This document shows positions 39,515 through 49,986 of a stretch of 64,000 bases of DNA, piece after piece; within the stretch, counting starts at the first letter, position 1; every line of letters starts with the position of its first letter. The notes under the pieces are model-generated. The model saw nothing but the letters and a program-made list of their open reading frames with translations, had not been told where the DNA came from and did not search any database. The DNA comes from Candidatus Bathyarchaeum tardum (GTDB taxonomy: Archaea > Thermoproteota > Bathyarchaeia > Bathyarchaeales > Bathyarchaeaceae), in contig CP122380.1 in NCBI GenBank assembly GCA_024650005.2, positions 2,088,573 through 2,152,572 of the forward strand, given 5' to 3'. The position numbers and the translations under genes were made by a program.

Positions 39515-40003
39515 TTGCGAGACGAGACCAAAATGCCGGGCAAGTATGAGGAGAAAAAATCAAGCTTTTTTGATCTCCTTGAAGATGTGCCAGATAGTGA
39601 AGAAGAACAAAAACCAGCAAGTGAAAGGTCTGAACTGTTAAAATCCATGGGCGTTGAAGACCGTTTTGAAGAAGGCACCATCAATATTGACATGAGAACA
39701 TGCAGAGGAATAGAATGCAACTTGTGTGTAAAGGCATGTCCCACAAACGCGTTGTATTGGAAGGGAGGGGACATTGGAATCATAAATGACCTTTGTATTC
39801 ACTGCACTGCTTGTGTAGCAAACTGTATGGTTGATGATTGTATATGCGTTACAAGAAAACGTCCTGATGGTAAAAATGAAAAATTTAGTAACCCAAAAGA
39901 TGTCTGCATGTTACTGAAAAAAATCAACTCAAAAAAAGGAGTTAACAGGGTAACTGCACTTTATCCAACAGTTGAAGAATACCTTGACCGCCACGGCGAA
40001 TAA
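39515..40003 (+). CDS. 4Fe-4S dicluster protein
   Basis: CRGIECNLCVKACP and CIHCTACVANC. Confidence 0.85.
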   Translation: MRDETKMPGKYEEKKSSFFDLLEDVPDSEEEQKPASERSELLKSMGVEDRFEEGTINIDMRTCRGIECNLCVKACPTNALYWKGGDIGIINDLCIHCTACVANCMVDDCICVTRKRPDGKNEKFSNPKDVCMLLKKINSKKGVNRVTALYPTVEEYLDRHGE

Positions 40004-40087
40004 TTAAAAGTAGGAGTAGCACCAAAATCTAAATTAGTGAAAATATCACGTATTCAAATTGGCAGTTTTTGGTTAGTTAAACTTGAA

Positions 40088-40819
40088 TTAAACTATTATG
40101 TCTCCGGTGACTCCATCTATGTGAACACTTTTTTCCTCTTTGGTTTTGACATTTTGAAAAGTTATGACATATATTGGGTTGTATATCACCGCATGTTCAG
40201 AGATTTGGAACAATTCATTATCTATGGTGTCGATGTCAGATGGCTTGTTGATGAGTTTGTCTTTAACCATTGTAACTAATTCTTTATTTGAAAGTTTTAG
40301 ATGTTCAGTTTTGTTTTTGAACTCTTTCAACAATTTTGTAGGGTTGTCTTCAGAAGGCGCAATAGGAACCTGATCAGGCAAAATTTCGCGACCAGTTTTG
40401 TCTAAAATAATGTATGCTTTTGCTTCATAGAAAGCCCATTCTTGACCTTCAACAGCAACTACTTTTTTGAATTGTGTAGGTTCTGTGTTAGGAATAACTA
40501 AAGTCTGAGGAGTGAAAGTTTTTCCAAGAATTTTTACTTCTTTTGCTTTTTCGTCTACTTCGAGGTTGTAGGTTTTTTTGGTGTAATATTCAATTCGGTA
40601 TTGTGCATCAACAAGAGCATACGGCACGTAATGTTTGTCAACTGATACCACGCGTATGTCTTCGGGTCTAGGTTTCTGAAATCGTTTGACGAATAACTCG
40701 TTTTTCATTTCCTCTGCTTTAAGTTTTAGCTTGGCAGGATCTAATCTAGACTTGTAAACGATAATTTTTTTTTCTGCGATTTTTTCTGGAATCTGAGTAA
40801 CGGCAGTCAAGTGGAACAC
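40088..40819 (-). CDS. Hypothetical protein
   Basis: Long ORF ending IDGVTG; no confident family. Confidence 0.7.
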   Translation of the reverse strand: MFHLTAVTQIPEKIAEKKIIVYKSRLDPAKLKLKAEEMKNELFVKRFQKPRPEDIRVVSVDKHYVPYALVDAQYRIEYYTKKTYNLEVDEKAKEVKILGKTFTPQTLVIPNTEPTQFKKVVAVEGQEWAFYEAKAYIILDKTGREILPDQVPIAPSEDNPTKLLKEFKNKTEHLKLSNKELVTMVKDKLINKPSDIDTIDNELFQISEHAVIYNPIYVITFQNVKTKEEKSVHIDGVTGDIIV

Positions 40820-40965
40820 CTAGTGGACAGTATAAAAATGAAACATTGTTAATTAATCATTTATGAATGTCAAATCAAAATTTTATGTATATAGAAAAAA
40901 GAAAAAACAATGTTCCCCAGAAAAAATGAGGAGTTTTCTTTAAAGATGGGAATTAATTTCAAATG

Positions 40966-41628
40966 TTATATTTTAGGTCTTGGCGTAAGTTTTTTTTCAA
41001 AAGTAGATTCTAACCTTGAAATAGACTCTTCAAGAGCCTTTCTTCGAACTTCCATGGTGATATCTCCCCGAGTGATTTCAATTAGTCGCCTAGCAACATC
41101 GCCTTTTCTTCTTAGACCATTAACGATTATGTAAGCATCATCCAAGGCAGTTAACTCGGAGTAGATGTCCTCCATCCAGTTTAGGCATTTTTCGGCGAGG
41201 TCGACTTTTCCTTTCCGAATTAAATCCAGAGTTCGGCGTCTTAGTTCTCCGATAACATCCCCCAAAGACAAAATGTAGGGAGTTTCAGGAACATCAATTT
41301 CTTCGGGGGTAGGAAACCTGTTTTCTTGAATCAAAGCAAGGAGTATGCATGCTTCAGCGTGTTCCTCATAGGCAGCGTTTACAGAGCCACTGTAAAGCAA
41401 ATGAGGATAATCTTTGAGCAACTCCTGAAGGGATTCGAAAAGTGTTTTTGCTTCGTCAATAAACCCTTTAGCGTCATCGAATCTATCTTGGTGTGTAACT
41501 TGGATTGCTTGCTTAGAAAGACGGGTGGCTTTTCGCATATCCCGATGAACATCGTCTCGGATTTTTTCTCTTTCTTTTAGTTCTTTTTGGATTTGTTCCA
41601 GAATTTCCTTCAAAGACATAAAACTCAC
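40966..41628 (-). CDS. Translin/TRAX family protein
   Basis: EEHAEA, YILSLGDVIGELRR, LRRKGD. Confidence 0.88.
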   Translation of the reverse strand: MSFMSLKEILEQIQKELKEREKIRDDVHRDMRKATRLSKQAIQVTHQDRFDDAKGFIDEAKTLFESLQELLKDYPHLLYSGSVNAAYEEHAEACILLALIQENRFPTPEEIDVPETPYILSLGDVIGELRRRTLDLIRKGKVDLAEKCLNWMEDIYSELTALDDAYIIVNGLRRKGDVARRLIEITRGDITMEVRRKALEESISRLESTFEKKLTPRPKI

Positions 41629-41650
41629 ACCAAAAACAGTTCAAAAGAGC

Positions 41651-42607
41651 TTAAGCTAACTTAATAGCCTTTTCCAAACGGCTAAGCAAAACAACTCTGC
41701 TGTCCACTGATTCATCAATAATGTTGTAACCTATCTCTTCAGAAAGTTTAGTTCCAAAATTTTTGATTTCTTGATGTAAAGGCATGTTAGTGCCGTCCAT
41801 TCTTAGCCGGGAAAAACCTACATGCATGTATGCTTTTGGTTCCAAATAAGTTGGATTGGCTTTTTCGACAAGTTTTGCAAACTGTTGGGGGTACTCAAGA
41901 TTCAAGTTCTTTGCCAAAGTGAACCTGATTACTGTAGGGCAGTTGAAGCTGGGAAGCAGTTCCAAAGTTTCATTGAGTTTTTCCCATGCGCTATTACTGT
42001 TTGGGCGACAAATCTTCGAAAATGCTTCTTTGTCAAAGGCAGAAACTGAAATGTACAGTTGGGTTGGTTCTTCGCTTAAGTTAGAAAGTGCTTCAGGAAT
42101 TGTTCCGTTGGAAACGAGAAAAGTGGTAAATTCTCGTTTGTGAAAGTTTTTGATTAATCCATCCAAATAAGGATAAATGGTTGGTTCTCCGGTTAGACTT
42201 ATGGCGGCATGTTTGGGGTTTAAAGCTTGTAAACGTTTGGTTTGGTCAGCGTTGGGGGTTGCTTTGTATCCAGTTAATATACGTCGTTGTTCGTTAATGC
42301 ATCCGTCGATTATGGTTTCAGGGTCGTCCCATTTGGGTAATTGAGTTTCGTCCCAATGCATATCATGGTCTCCGCTTTGGGCGCGCCAACAAAAAACACA
42401 ACCTAACGTGCAATGAAACAAGGAAGGAGTCATCTGCAGGCATTGGTGGCTGCTTATTCCGTAGAATTTTTGTTTGTAACAAGTTCTGCCCTGAACTATG
42501 CTGTTGTAAAGCCACCTGCACCGTTTTACTGCCGAGTGGTTTCCTACCACATGATACTTTTGCCGATGCAACATCGCCATTATTTCTTCAGGAACCAAAG
42601 AATCCAA
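41651..42607 (-). CDS. taw1: 4-demethylwyosine synthase (radical SAM, TYW1)
   Basis: HSAVK.C.W, CYKQKFYGI.SH.C, CTLGCVFCWR, SLTGEPT. Confidence 0.95.
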   Translation of the reverse strand: MDSLVPEEIMAMLHRQKYHVVGNHSAVKRCRWLYNSIVQGRTCYKQKFYGISSHQCLQMTPSLFHCTLGCVFCWRAQSGDHDMHWDETQLPKWDDPETIIDGCINEQRRILTGYKATPNADQTKRLQALNPKHAAISLTGEPTIYPYLDGLIKNFHKREFTTFLVSNGTIPEALSNLSEEPTQLYISVSAFDKEAFSKICRPNSNSAWEKLNETLELLPSFNCPTVIRFTLAKNLNLEYPQQFAKLVEKANPTYLEPKAYMHVGFSRLRMDGTNMPLHQEIKNFGTKLSEEIGYNIIDESVDSRVVLLSRLEKAIKLA

Positions 42608-42666
42608 TATGTTAGCCTACCAATTTGTTAGAAGGATAAAGATTAAATCGTTGTATTAAAAACTAC

Positions 42667-42978
42667 GTGGTGTTGAAAGAGGTGTACTTTGTGTCTTTCA
42701 AAAAAATTGTTGAAATGATTCCTGTTGAAAAACGAGGAACACTTTCAGATAAACTTCTGAATTATTTACTGAAAACCAAAAAAGAAGCAAATATGCCAGC
42801 TAAAATGGCGACTTGCTTTTTGAGTCAATGGCAAACTGGCACATTTGATGATGTGACGGGTCTTGCAGTTCTGCTTGAGGCAACTGCAACCGTTGAACTA
42901 GAAAAAACTGCCGCCTTTTTAGAAGAAGACTTACAGTTGGCAGAAGTAGCCAATGCAGTCAAAGAGGCAGCAGCATAA
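42667..42978 (+). CDS. Hypothetical all-helical protein immediately upstream of mer
   Basis: ORF with GAGGTG SD before an internal GTG; 15 bp from mer. Confidence 0.7.
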   Translation: MVLKEVYFVSFKKIVEMIPVEKRGTLSDKLLNYLLKTKKEANMPAKMATCFLSQWQTGTFDDVTGLAVLLEATATVELEKTAAFLEEDLQLAEVANAVKEAAA

Positions 42979-42993
42979 GGAGTTGCATGAATA

Positions 42994-43986
42994 ATGGTAA
43001 AGTTTGGAATCGAATTTGTACCCAAAGAAGCATACTGGAAAACAGTCTATTATGCAATTCAATCAGAAAAACGTGGATTTGACAACCTGTGGATAACTGA
43101 CCACTACAACAACCGCAACGTGTACACAACTCTAGCAACAACTGCCCTTTACACCAAGAAAATCATCTTAGGCCCAGGAGTAACCAACCCATACATGATT
43201 AACCCAGTAATGACGGCTCAATCTTTAGCCTCATTAGATGAAATGGCGCCTGGAAGAGTTGTTTTGGGAATGGGCGCAGGTGACGTTACAACTCTTGCAA
43301 CTACTGGAGTTGAAGCAAAAAAACAATTGTCTGCAGTAGTGGATGCCATTACAATCTTCAAGAAAATGCTTGAAGGAAAAAGCGTCAAATATGAAGGAAA
43401 AGTGTTCTCAGTTAACGGTACCAAATTTAACTTTAAACCTAGAGGACAAATCCCAATTTACATCGGTGCCCAGGGACCAAAAATGCTTGCAACCGCAGGA
43501 AAAATCGGCGACGGAGTTTTGATTAATGCTTCTCATCCACGAGACATCGATTACGCAGTTAGTCAAATCAAGAAAGGTGTTGAAGAGGCTGGAAAAAGCA
43601 TGTCAGACATAGATGTTACGGCTTACACGTCATTTGCAGTGGACAAGAAAGTTGACAAAGCAATGGCAGCAGCATCTCCAGTTGCAGCGTTCATCGTTGC
43701 AGGCAGCCCCGACGTAGTACTGGAAAGACATGGACTAAACATGGAAAAAGTAAACGCCATCCGTAATGGTTTAGCTAAAGGTGACTTTGGCACTGCTTTT
43801 GGTTCAGTTACCCCAGAAATGATTGAAGCTTTCGCTATCGCAGGCACTCCCGACATGTGCAATGAAAAGATAGCCAGACTGCTTAAAGCTGGAATAACCC
43901 AGTTCGTTGTTGGTTCACCAGTAGGACCTAATGTCCGAAAATCAATTGACCTAATCAGCGAATCGGTTATTCCCCAATTCAAGTAA
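42994..43986 (+). CDS. mer: F420-dependent methylene-H4MPT reductase
   Basis: WITDHYNNRN, GPGVTNPY, GAQGPKML, VLINAS, VGSPVGP. Confidence 0.93.
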   Translation: MVKFGIEFVPKEAYWKTVYYAIQSEKRGFDNLWITDHYNNRNVYTTLATTALYTKKIILGPGVTNPYMINPVMTAQSLASLDEMAPGRVVLGMGAGDVTTLATTGVEAKKQLSAVVDAITIFKKMLEGKSVKYEGKVFSVNGTKFNFKPRGQIPIYIGAQGPKMLATAGKIGDGVLINASHPRDIDYAVSQIKKGVEEAGKSMSDIDVTAYTSFAVDKKVDKAMAAASPVAAFIVAGSPDVVLERHGLNMEKVNAIRNGLAKGDFGTAFGSVTPEMIEAFAIAGTPDMCNEKIARLLKAGITQFVVGSPVGPNVRKSIDLISESVIPQFK

Positions 43987-44140
43987 ACAAAACAAAAAAC
44001 CCAAAAAAGTGCCTGTTTTTTCTTAGGGCACAACTAAATTTTTTTATCCGTGACAAGGTTACATAGCTGAAAAACATAAAATTTATTATGCGCTATAGAT
44101 GTTGCTTACTTTGCTGATATGACGTAACTGCAAAGAATTT

Positions 44141-44455
44141 TTGGTCGAACGAAGGTCGTGGCACATATTGGTTGAAACAAAATATTGTTCCCCTAAATGT
44201 CGTTTGTTTAAATGTGTAAAACGAGCGGTAATCTATCAAGGAAATAGAAACTGGTGTAAATGGACCGATGAAGAATGCAACGTAGCAAATTGTACTTATG
44301 CTACATGTGTACGAAGACAATTGCTGCCTAACGGGGTATGTGGCGAATCGGTAAAACGGAAAACCATTGACAAAAAACCAGAAGAAACAAAAGCACCAGC
44401 GGTTAGATTCAAAAGTAAAACGCTACGAAAAATCCGAGACGACGACTTTTTCTAA
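44141..44455 (+). CDS. Cys-rich hypothetical metal-binding protein
   Basis: CSPKC..FKC...WCKW..EEC...CTYATC...LLPNG.C. Confidence 0.7.
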   Translation: MVERRSWHILVETKYCSPKCRLFKCVKRAVIYQGNRNWCKWTDEECNVANCTYATCVRRQLLPNGVCGESVKRKTIDKKPEETKAPAVRFKSKTLRKIRDDDFF

Positions 44456-44490
44456 CTTCAAATTTTGTATCTAAAGATTTGATACCAAAA

Positions 44491-45285
44491 TTAGAAGTAT
44501 TTCAGTAGGGCTTTTTTTGCTTCATGGGGTTTTGAATTAAAGCATTCTGAAACATAAGGACCATAAAAATTGATTGCCTTCAAAGCTTCAACAACTTTTT
44601 TCCACGGAATAGTACCTTGTCCCACATCTAGGTGGTCATCGGTTTTTCCGTTGTTGTCATGAAAATGAATGTTAATGATTTTTTTCCCAAACTTTTTGAG
44701 ATAAGCCAATGGACCTTCGTTGATGTTTGCGTGACCAGTATCCAAGCACAAATTGATATACTGTGAATCAAGCTCATTCAACAAAAACGTGCACTCTTCA
44801 ATACTATCTGCTAGATAGAACATTTCAGAGTTTTCAGGCATAGGATTAACGTTTTCGATTGCTAAGTTCACGCCAAATTCTTGGCAATCTCTTAGAACTT
44901 GTTTGAGATTCATAACTAGTCGGTTCAGGGCTTTTTGTTTTGAGGGCTTAACACCGAGACAGTAACCCACATGAGTAGTTACATGGGTTGCATTCAATTC
45001 GTAAGCAACAGCCACGCAACGCCGCAAATATGTGATGGTGGCATCCCTGATTGTGGGAATCTTGTCAGAGGGATTAATACTAAACGGGGTATGCAAACTC
45101 AAACTAATGTCGAAATCTTCAGACAAGTTTCTAAGATTGAAGATTCTTTCAGCATCAAAAGTTTCGATAAACGAATTTTCACGGATTAAATCAATTTCCA
45201 GATGACTCAAACCATACTTTGAAGCATATTCAAAATAGTCCTCAACAGGTTTTCTGACAACATCAAACCCAAAAATCAAGTCCAT
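44491..45285 (-). CDS. Sugar-phosphate isomerase/epimerase (AP endonuclease 2 TIM-barrel) family
   Basis: SLHTP, AIEN, LDTGH, HFHDN...HL. Confidence 0.85.
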   Translation of the reverse strand: MDLIFGFDVVRKPVEDYFEYASKYGLSHLEIDLIRENSFIETFDAERIFNLRNLSEDFDISLSLHTPFSINPSDKIPTIRDATITYLRRCVAVAYELNATHVTTHVGYCLGVKPSKQKALNRLVMNLKQVLRDCQEFGVNLAIENVNPMPENSEMFYLADSIEECTFLLNELDSQYINLCLDTGHANINEGPLAYLKKFGKKIINIHFHDNNGKTDDHLDVGQGTIPWKKVVEALKAINFYGPYVSECFNSKPHEAKKALLKYF

Positions 45286-45378
45286 ATCTAACCAATATGA
45301 AACTTTGTAGATATAAAATTTGAAGTCCAGTTAACAAAAAAAATAAAGAAGTGGGTGTTTACCCAACTGAAAACAAGG

Positions 45379-45948
45379 TTAGGGCACAAAAACTGCTGCT
45401 GCAAGAACCGTAGTCCATAGACCGTTTTTGTCGCCTTTTGCAGACTGAGTGATGTTGTTTGTTTTGATGATCATGCCACTGGTTTGGAATAACTGCTTTT
45501 TTTCGTTCCAGGCTTGTTCTGGATCAAAAGGAATGCCCATTGTTGTAGCTAACATTGTTGCTGCTAAATCTTCAGCATAGTTGCCAGCAAATTCTGCGGT
45601 TTCTCCAAAGGAGTGGTGTTCAGAAAGGTAACCATAACTATCTTTGCTTGAAGGCATCGCCATACCAATTGAGGCAGCAATTTGTCGGTGGGGTTCTTTG
45701 ACTGAATTTTTTGACATAACTGCAAAGGTAATTTCTCCAGGATGAAGCATTTTAACTCCTTGTTCCTTGGAGATAATTTCACATCCAGGGGGCAGTATGC
45801 TAGAAACAGTTACGATGTTACAGGCTTGTATTCCTGCTGAACGTAAAGCAAGTTCAAAAGATTGCAAATAGTCTTTGTGTTTGCCAACACCTTTGGTCAA
45901 GAATACTCGTTTTGGAATCATTGTGTTTAATTTTCTCCTAAATCGCAT
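45379..45948 (-). CDS. pdaD: Pyruvoyl-dependent arginine decarboxylase (likely start MIPK at 45921)
   Basis: SFELALR.AGI...NIV.VSSILPP cleavage site, GYLSEHH. Confidence 0.92.
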   Translation of the reverse strand: MRFRRKLNTMIPKRVFLTKGVGKHKDYLQSFELALRSAGIQACNIVTVSSILPPGCEIISKEQGVKMLHPGEITFAVMSKNSVKEPHRQIAASIGMAMPSSKDSYGYLSEHHSFGETAEFAGNYAEDLAATMLATTMGIPFDPEQAWNEKKQLFQTSGMIIKTNNITQSAKGDKNGLWTTVLAAAVFVP

Positions 45949-45971
45949 TTTTTAGTTTTTTGTATTTTTCA

Positions 45972-47036
45972 TTACTCTTCAGGAAACAGCCATGAAAGGT
46001 CGGGCGCTCTGTTCTTTCGTGCATCTGAGGCTACACGTTCATTGAGAGCATGAGTGATAAGGGGCAATGCAATGGTAGCATCACAATAGCAGGTAACGTC
46101 CCTTCCGTTTACGTCAACTTTTCCCCAACTTTTTGCCTCTTCCAAAGTACAACCAGATAATCCACCCCATTGAGGAGAATCAGTAGTTATCTGAAGGGCA
46201 TATTTGTGTGGATAATAGTATTCTTGCAGGCTTTTTCGACAGTTGCCTTCTCGACCTTTTATTTCTTGATCCATAGTTTTTGGAGAAATTGAAATCGCAA
46301 GTAGCTGGGTGAAATCTTTTGGAACACCACCACCAACATAGATTACAGCAGTGTTTTTTGTTTTTTCTCCTATGCTTACAAACTGGTCAAATTCTTTAAC
46401 TTGATCTACTATCAAGTTGTGTCCTTGATTTTTTGCCATCAGAACTGTTTCGCCGTAGGCGCTGTCTAACATTGCAGGGCTGAAAACTGGAACACCATTT
46501 TCTGCTGCAGTTGCGGTGATGCTTGGGATGTTTTTTTTGCTTAACCATTTACCCAATAAATGTAAGATTTCCATGGAAGAGTAAGGATAATCTGTTTTCA
46601 GGGTTAACAAGAAGTCTGTTATTAGCTCTTCCATTTTTCGGTAATCGGTTTCTATGCCATAAACATCATAGTATCTGTTGATGTCGGCTTTTAGAAGTTC
46701 TTCATCGTTAGCGTTACAGGTACCTTGATAGTATCCAAGCCCCATGGCGTCAACAATGTCTTCTGAAACGTTTGCGCCTGTAGAAACGATAACGTCAACG
46801 AATCTGTTTTTTATTAACCAATTAACTAACGTCCACTGACCAGCAGTGCTCATGGAACCTGCAAGACCTAAAACAATTACGAGGTCTTCTTCTTTGATCA
46901 TTTTTTCCCAGATGTCTACGGCTTCTGCTAGTTTTCTTCCTTGATATGCTGTTTTTCCCATTTCAGAAATGAGTTGGGAAACTGATTTTTGCTTAACAGT
47001 AAAGCCTTCAACTTTATTAGTCAAAGGGACTCCCAT
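45972..47036 (-). CDS. dys: Deoxyhypusine synthase family protein
   Basis: STGAN, GGGVPKDF, GGLSGCTLEEAKSWGK, DATIALP. Confidence 0.85.
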   Translation of the reverse strand: MGVPLTNKVEGFTVKQKSVSQLISEMGKTAYQGRKLAEAVDIWEKMIKEEDLVIVLGLAGSMSTAGQWTLVNWLIKNRFVDVIVSTGANVSEDIVDAMGLGYYQGTCNANDEELLKADINRYYDVYGIETDYRKMEELITDFLLTLKTDYPYSSMEILHLLGKWLSKKNIPSITATAAENGVPVFSPAMLDSAYGETVLMAKNQGHNLIVDQVKEFDQFVSIGEKTKNTAVIYVGGGVPKDFTQLLAISISPKTMDQEIKGREGNCRKSLQEYYYPHKYALQITTDSPQWGGLSGCTLEEAKSWGKVDVNGRDVTCYCDATIALPLITHALNERVASDARKNRAPDLSWLFPEE

Positions 47037-47210
47037 TATTTTCCATCTCCATCGTTAAATTCAAAAGGGACTACAAATGCTGTATTTAAATATACACTTC
47101 CCAAGAAATATGTCAAAAAATTGCTTATTTTAAGTAAAAACTCTGAAAAATTAGTTTGTTTGCGTATGAAACTAGTGCTAAGCACCGTGTTGACAAGGGT
47201 TTTTGTCATC

Positions 47211-47381
47211 TTAGCCGGTTGAGACCCTTTTTACTACGGGGGGTCTTTGTTTTTTAAGGACACGATAACCGCAATATGTACATTTTACTCCGCCGCCGCG
47301 CAACTCGAGTTCTTCGGTTCTAACTTTGGCGCCACATTTTACACATTCATAAACAAGTCCACGTGCAGCTCTTCTTGACAT
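47211..47381 (-). CDS. rpo12: DNA-directed RNA polymerase subunit Rpo12 (P)
   Basis: Manual translation MSRRAARGLVYECVKCG...VKCTYCGYRVLKKQRPPVVKRV; below the ORF-track cutoff. Confidence 0.92.
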   Translation of the reverse strand: MSRRAARGLVYECVKCGAKVRTEELELRGGGVKCTYCGYRVLKKQRPPVVKRVSTG

Positions 47382-47435
47382 AAATATTATCTCCAGACTA
47401 AAAACGCCTGTTTCACAGACATTTAAACATTTCTA

Positions 47436-48467
47436 ATGAAAGAGGACACAGATATATACCTTTTCAACCCGAAAGATAACGTGGGAATGCAAATGAAAGG
47501 ACACGTACTGATTCTTGTCGGTGGTGGAGGACACAGCGGGTACGCTTATGCTTTGGCTCAAGCCCTTCAGAACAAAATGAAGCTATCTTTCATCGTTCCC
47601 GAAGGAGACATCCTAAGCGAAAAAAGACTGCGAAAATTTGGAGAAGTAAAGTATCTGATTAAACCCCGAGGTCCAAAAACTTCAACCCATCAATTTATCC
47701 CACGTTTAGCAAAATCATTCTTGGAGTCTTTAGGTCAGCCTTTTCAAGAATTTGACGTTGTAGTCAGTTCAGGAAGTAATTTCTGTGTTGTGCCTTCAAT
47801 AATGGCGTGGATGAGAGGCGTTCCCGTTGTTAGCATGGAAAGCCCTGTTCGTTTCACGAAGGCATCAAAAACTGCCAGGATACTTCAAAATTTTGCTGCA
47901 GTTACTGTTTTGCATTGGGAAGAACAAAAAAAAATACTCAAAGGAGTGGTTGTGAGTCCAATAGTTCCAAAGGTGGAAATTCTTTCAGAAAATAAAGGAT
48001 ACATTTTGGTTACAGGGGGCACCCATGGACACAAGCTGTTGTTTAAAGCCTTAGATGAAAGCAACCTGACCAACATAGTTTTGCAAACAGGAAAAATTGA
48101 CCCCAAACCCTTTGCTGAAAGGCATCCGGACTGGAAAGTTTTAGAATTTACAGACAAATTTCAGGAACTTTTAGCAGGAGCCGAAATCGTAGTGACACAT
48201 TTCGGATTAACTGCTTTAGAGGCAGCAGTTGTGTACCAAAAACCAGTTGTTATTGTTTTGAATCCTGAATGGACCCGAACGGTTGGAGCCGAAGACGCTA
48301 AAATTTTGGCGGATAAACTAAATGCCGTGTTTATTTCTGAATCAACTGTAAGAACATTAACAAATGCAATATCAGAAGCTAAAAACAAAAAAATCCTTAC
48401 GTTGCCGTCCGGTGCTGAAAATCTAGCAAACATTATTATTGAATTAGCAAATAAAAAACGGAAATAA
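47436..48467 (+). CDS. GT28 ALG14-ALG13 fusion-type UDP-GlcNAc transferase (Agl24-like)
   Basis: GGGGHS, SSGSN, ESPVR...SKT, LVTGGT.G, THFG.T. Confidence 0.75.
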   Translation: MKEDTDIYLFNPKDNVGMQMKGHVLILVGGGGHSGYAYALAQALQNKMKLSFIVPEGDILSEKRLRKFGEVKYLIKPRGPKTSTHQFIPRLAKSFLESLGQPFQEFDVVVSSGSNFCVVPSIMAWMRGVPVVSMESPVRFTKASKTARILQNFAAVTVLHWEEQKKILKGVVVSPIVPKVEILSENKGYILVTGGTHGHKLLFKALDESNLTNIVLQTGKIDPKPFAERHPDWKVLEFTDKFQELLAGAEIVVTHFGLTALEAAVVYQKPVVIVLNPEWTRTVGAEDAKILADKLNAVFISESTVRTLTNAISEAKNKKILTLPSGAENLANIIIELANKKRK

Positions 48468-48519
48468 CATTTTATAGCCTTTTTAGCCTAAATGTTAATC
48501 AAAAAAGAGGATTTTTCAA

Positions 48520-48960
48520 ATGATTGCTGACACGGTTATTGTTGGAAAAAATGTTCAAATCGGTAAAAGTGTTACAATATGGAATTATGTTGTAATTGGG
48601 GATAACACCAAAATTGGAGATAACGTGAAAATAGGCAGCAATTGTGACATCGGAAAAGAAGTAACAATTGGCAACAATTGCCTGATTCAATGCCATGTAA
48701 CCATCAGCAACGGAGCAACGATTGGAGACGAGGTATTTCTCGGACCTAAAGCAACAATTCTCAATGACAAACACATCGATGGTAACATTCAACCCTGCAC
48801 AATCGAAAACAAAGCAAGAATTGGAGGCGGAACCACAATTCTTCCAGGAGTAACCATAGGAAAAAGTGCCCTTGTCGGAGCAGGTTCTGTTGTAACAAAA
48901 AACGTAAAAGCCAAAAAGCTAGTTTACGGCAATCCAGCAAGAGAAATCAGACAAATATAA
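48520..48960 (+). CDS. Hexapeptide-repeat sugar N-acetyltransferase (WbpD-like)
   Basis: IG hexapeptide repeats, NDK, GAGSVVTK, YGNPAR. Confidence 0.85.
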   Translation: MIADTVIVGKNVQIGKSVTIWNYVVIGDNTKIGDNVKIGSNCDIGKEVTIGNNCLIQCHVTISNGATIGDEVFLGPKATILNDKHIDGNIQPCTIENKARIGGGTTILPGVTIGKSALVGAGSVVTKNVKAKKLVYGNPAREIRQI

Positions 48961-49082
48961 CCAAAAAAAGTTTCAAACATTTATCATTAAAAATCAATTG
49001 AACAGAGGTTTAGATTACCTTTATTAGTTTTCAGCAAAATCATGTAGTTTCAGTTGGAAACAATTTGCATGAGGCTTAGCAC

Positions 49083-49928
49083 ATGGTTAAACCAGTAGTC
49101 TTAGTTGTTGGTTTGGGTGAAGTAGGACATTCTTTGTATGAGTTACTAAAACAAAGCAGAAAATTTGACCTTTATTGTTTTGATGTTGATGAACAAAAAA
49201 TGAAAGAGATTGTACAAGATGATATCCCAACAAAATTGGATATATTGTACATTTGCTACTCATGTGGCAAACAAGAAGAGTTTGTAAAAATAACAGTAGA
49301 TTACATAAATAAATTCAAGTCAGAATTAACAATTATCAACAGCACTGTCCCACCTGGAACCACCAAAAAAGTTTACAAGATTACTGGAGGCAATTTAGTT
49401 CATTCTCCAATTAGGGGAATGCATAGCAGCTTGCAAACCATGAAAAGAGATTTGCTGTTTTGGACAAAATTTGTGGGCGGCATAGACCAGAAATCAGCCG
49501 AATTAGCCCAAAAACATTTTGAAGAACTAGGATTGAAAACCAAAGTTTTGTCAGGTCCCACAGAAACAGAGCTCGCAAAATTGTTTTCGACAACATACCG
49601 TGCATGGATGATTGCTTGTTTCCAAGAAATGCATAGAATTTCAAGTAAGTTTGAAGCAGATTTTACTCAAATTATCGAATTTTTACAAGATACCCATTTT
49701 GTTCGTCATGATAGACCAATTCATTTTCCAGGAGTTATTGGTGGACATTGTTTGATTCCTAATACTGAATTACTTTCGAAAATCTATGACTCAGAATTCC
49801 TCAAGTTGATTTTAAAATCCAATCAAAAACGAAAACTGGAAATGGAAGACCCCAAAATCGCTCGCGAAGTAGAGAGAATACAAGAAAAAGTCAAATCGCT
49901 TGAAGAAAAAACAATTAAAATGAAATAA
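49083..49928 (+). CDS. UDP-glucose/GDP-mannose dehydrogenase family protein (short form)
   Basis: VGLGEVG, STVPPGTT, ELAKL, GGHCL. Confidence 0.85.
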   Translation: MVKPVVLVVGLGEVGHSLYELLKQSRKFDLYCFDVDEQKMKEIVQDDIPTKLDILYICYSCGKQEEFVKITVDYINKFKSELTIINSTVPPGTTKKVYKITGGNLVHSPIRGMHSSLQTMKRDLLFWTKFVGGIDQKSAELAQKHFEELGLKTKVLSGPTETELAKLFSTTYRAWMIACFQEMHRISSKFEADFTQIIEFLQDTHFVRHDRPIHFPGVIGGHCLIPNTELLSKIYDSEFLKLILKSNQKRKLEMEDPKIAREVERIQEKVKSLEEKTIKMK

Positions 49929-49986
49929 ATCCCGAACCAAATAATTTGTGAAATTAAAAAAAAATAATAACAGGTGATGGAAAACA

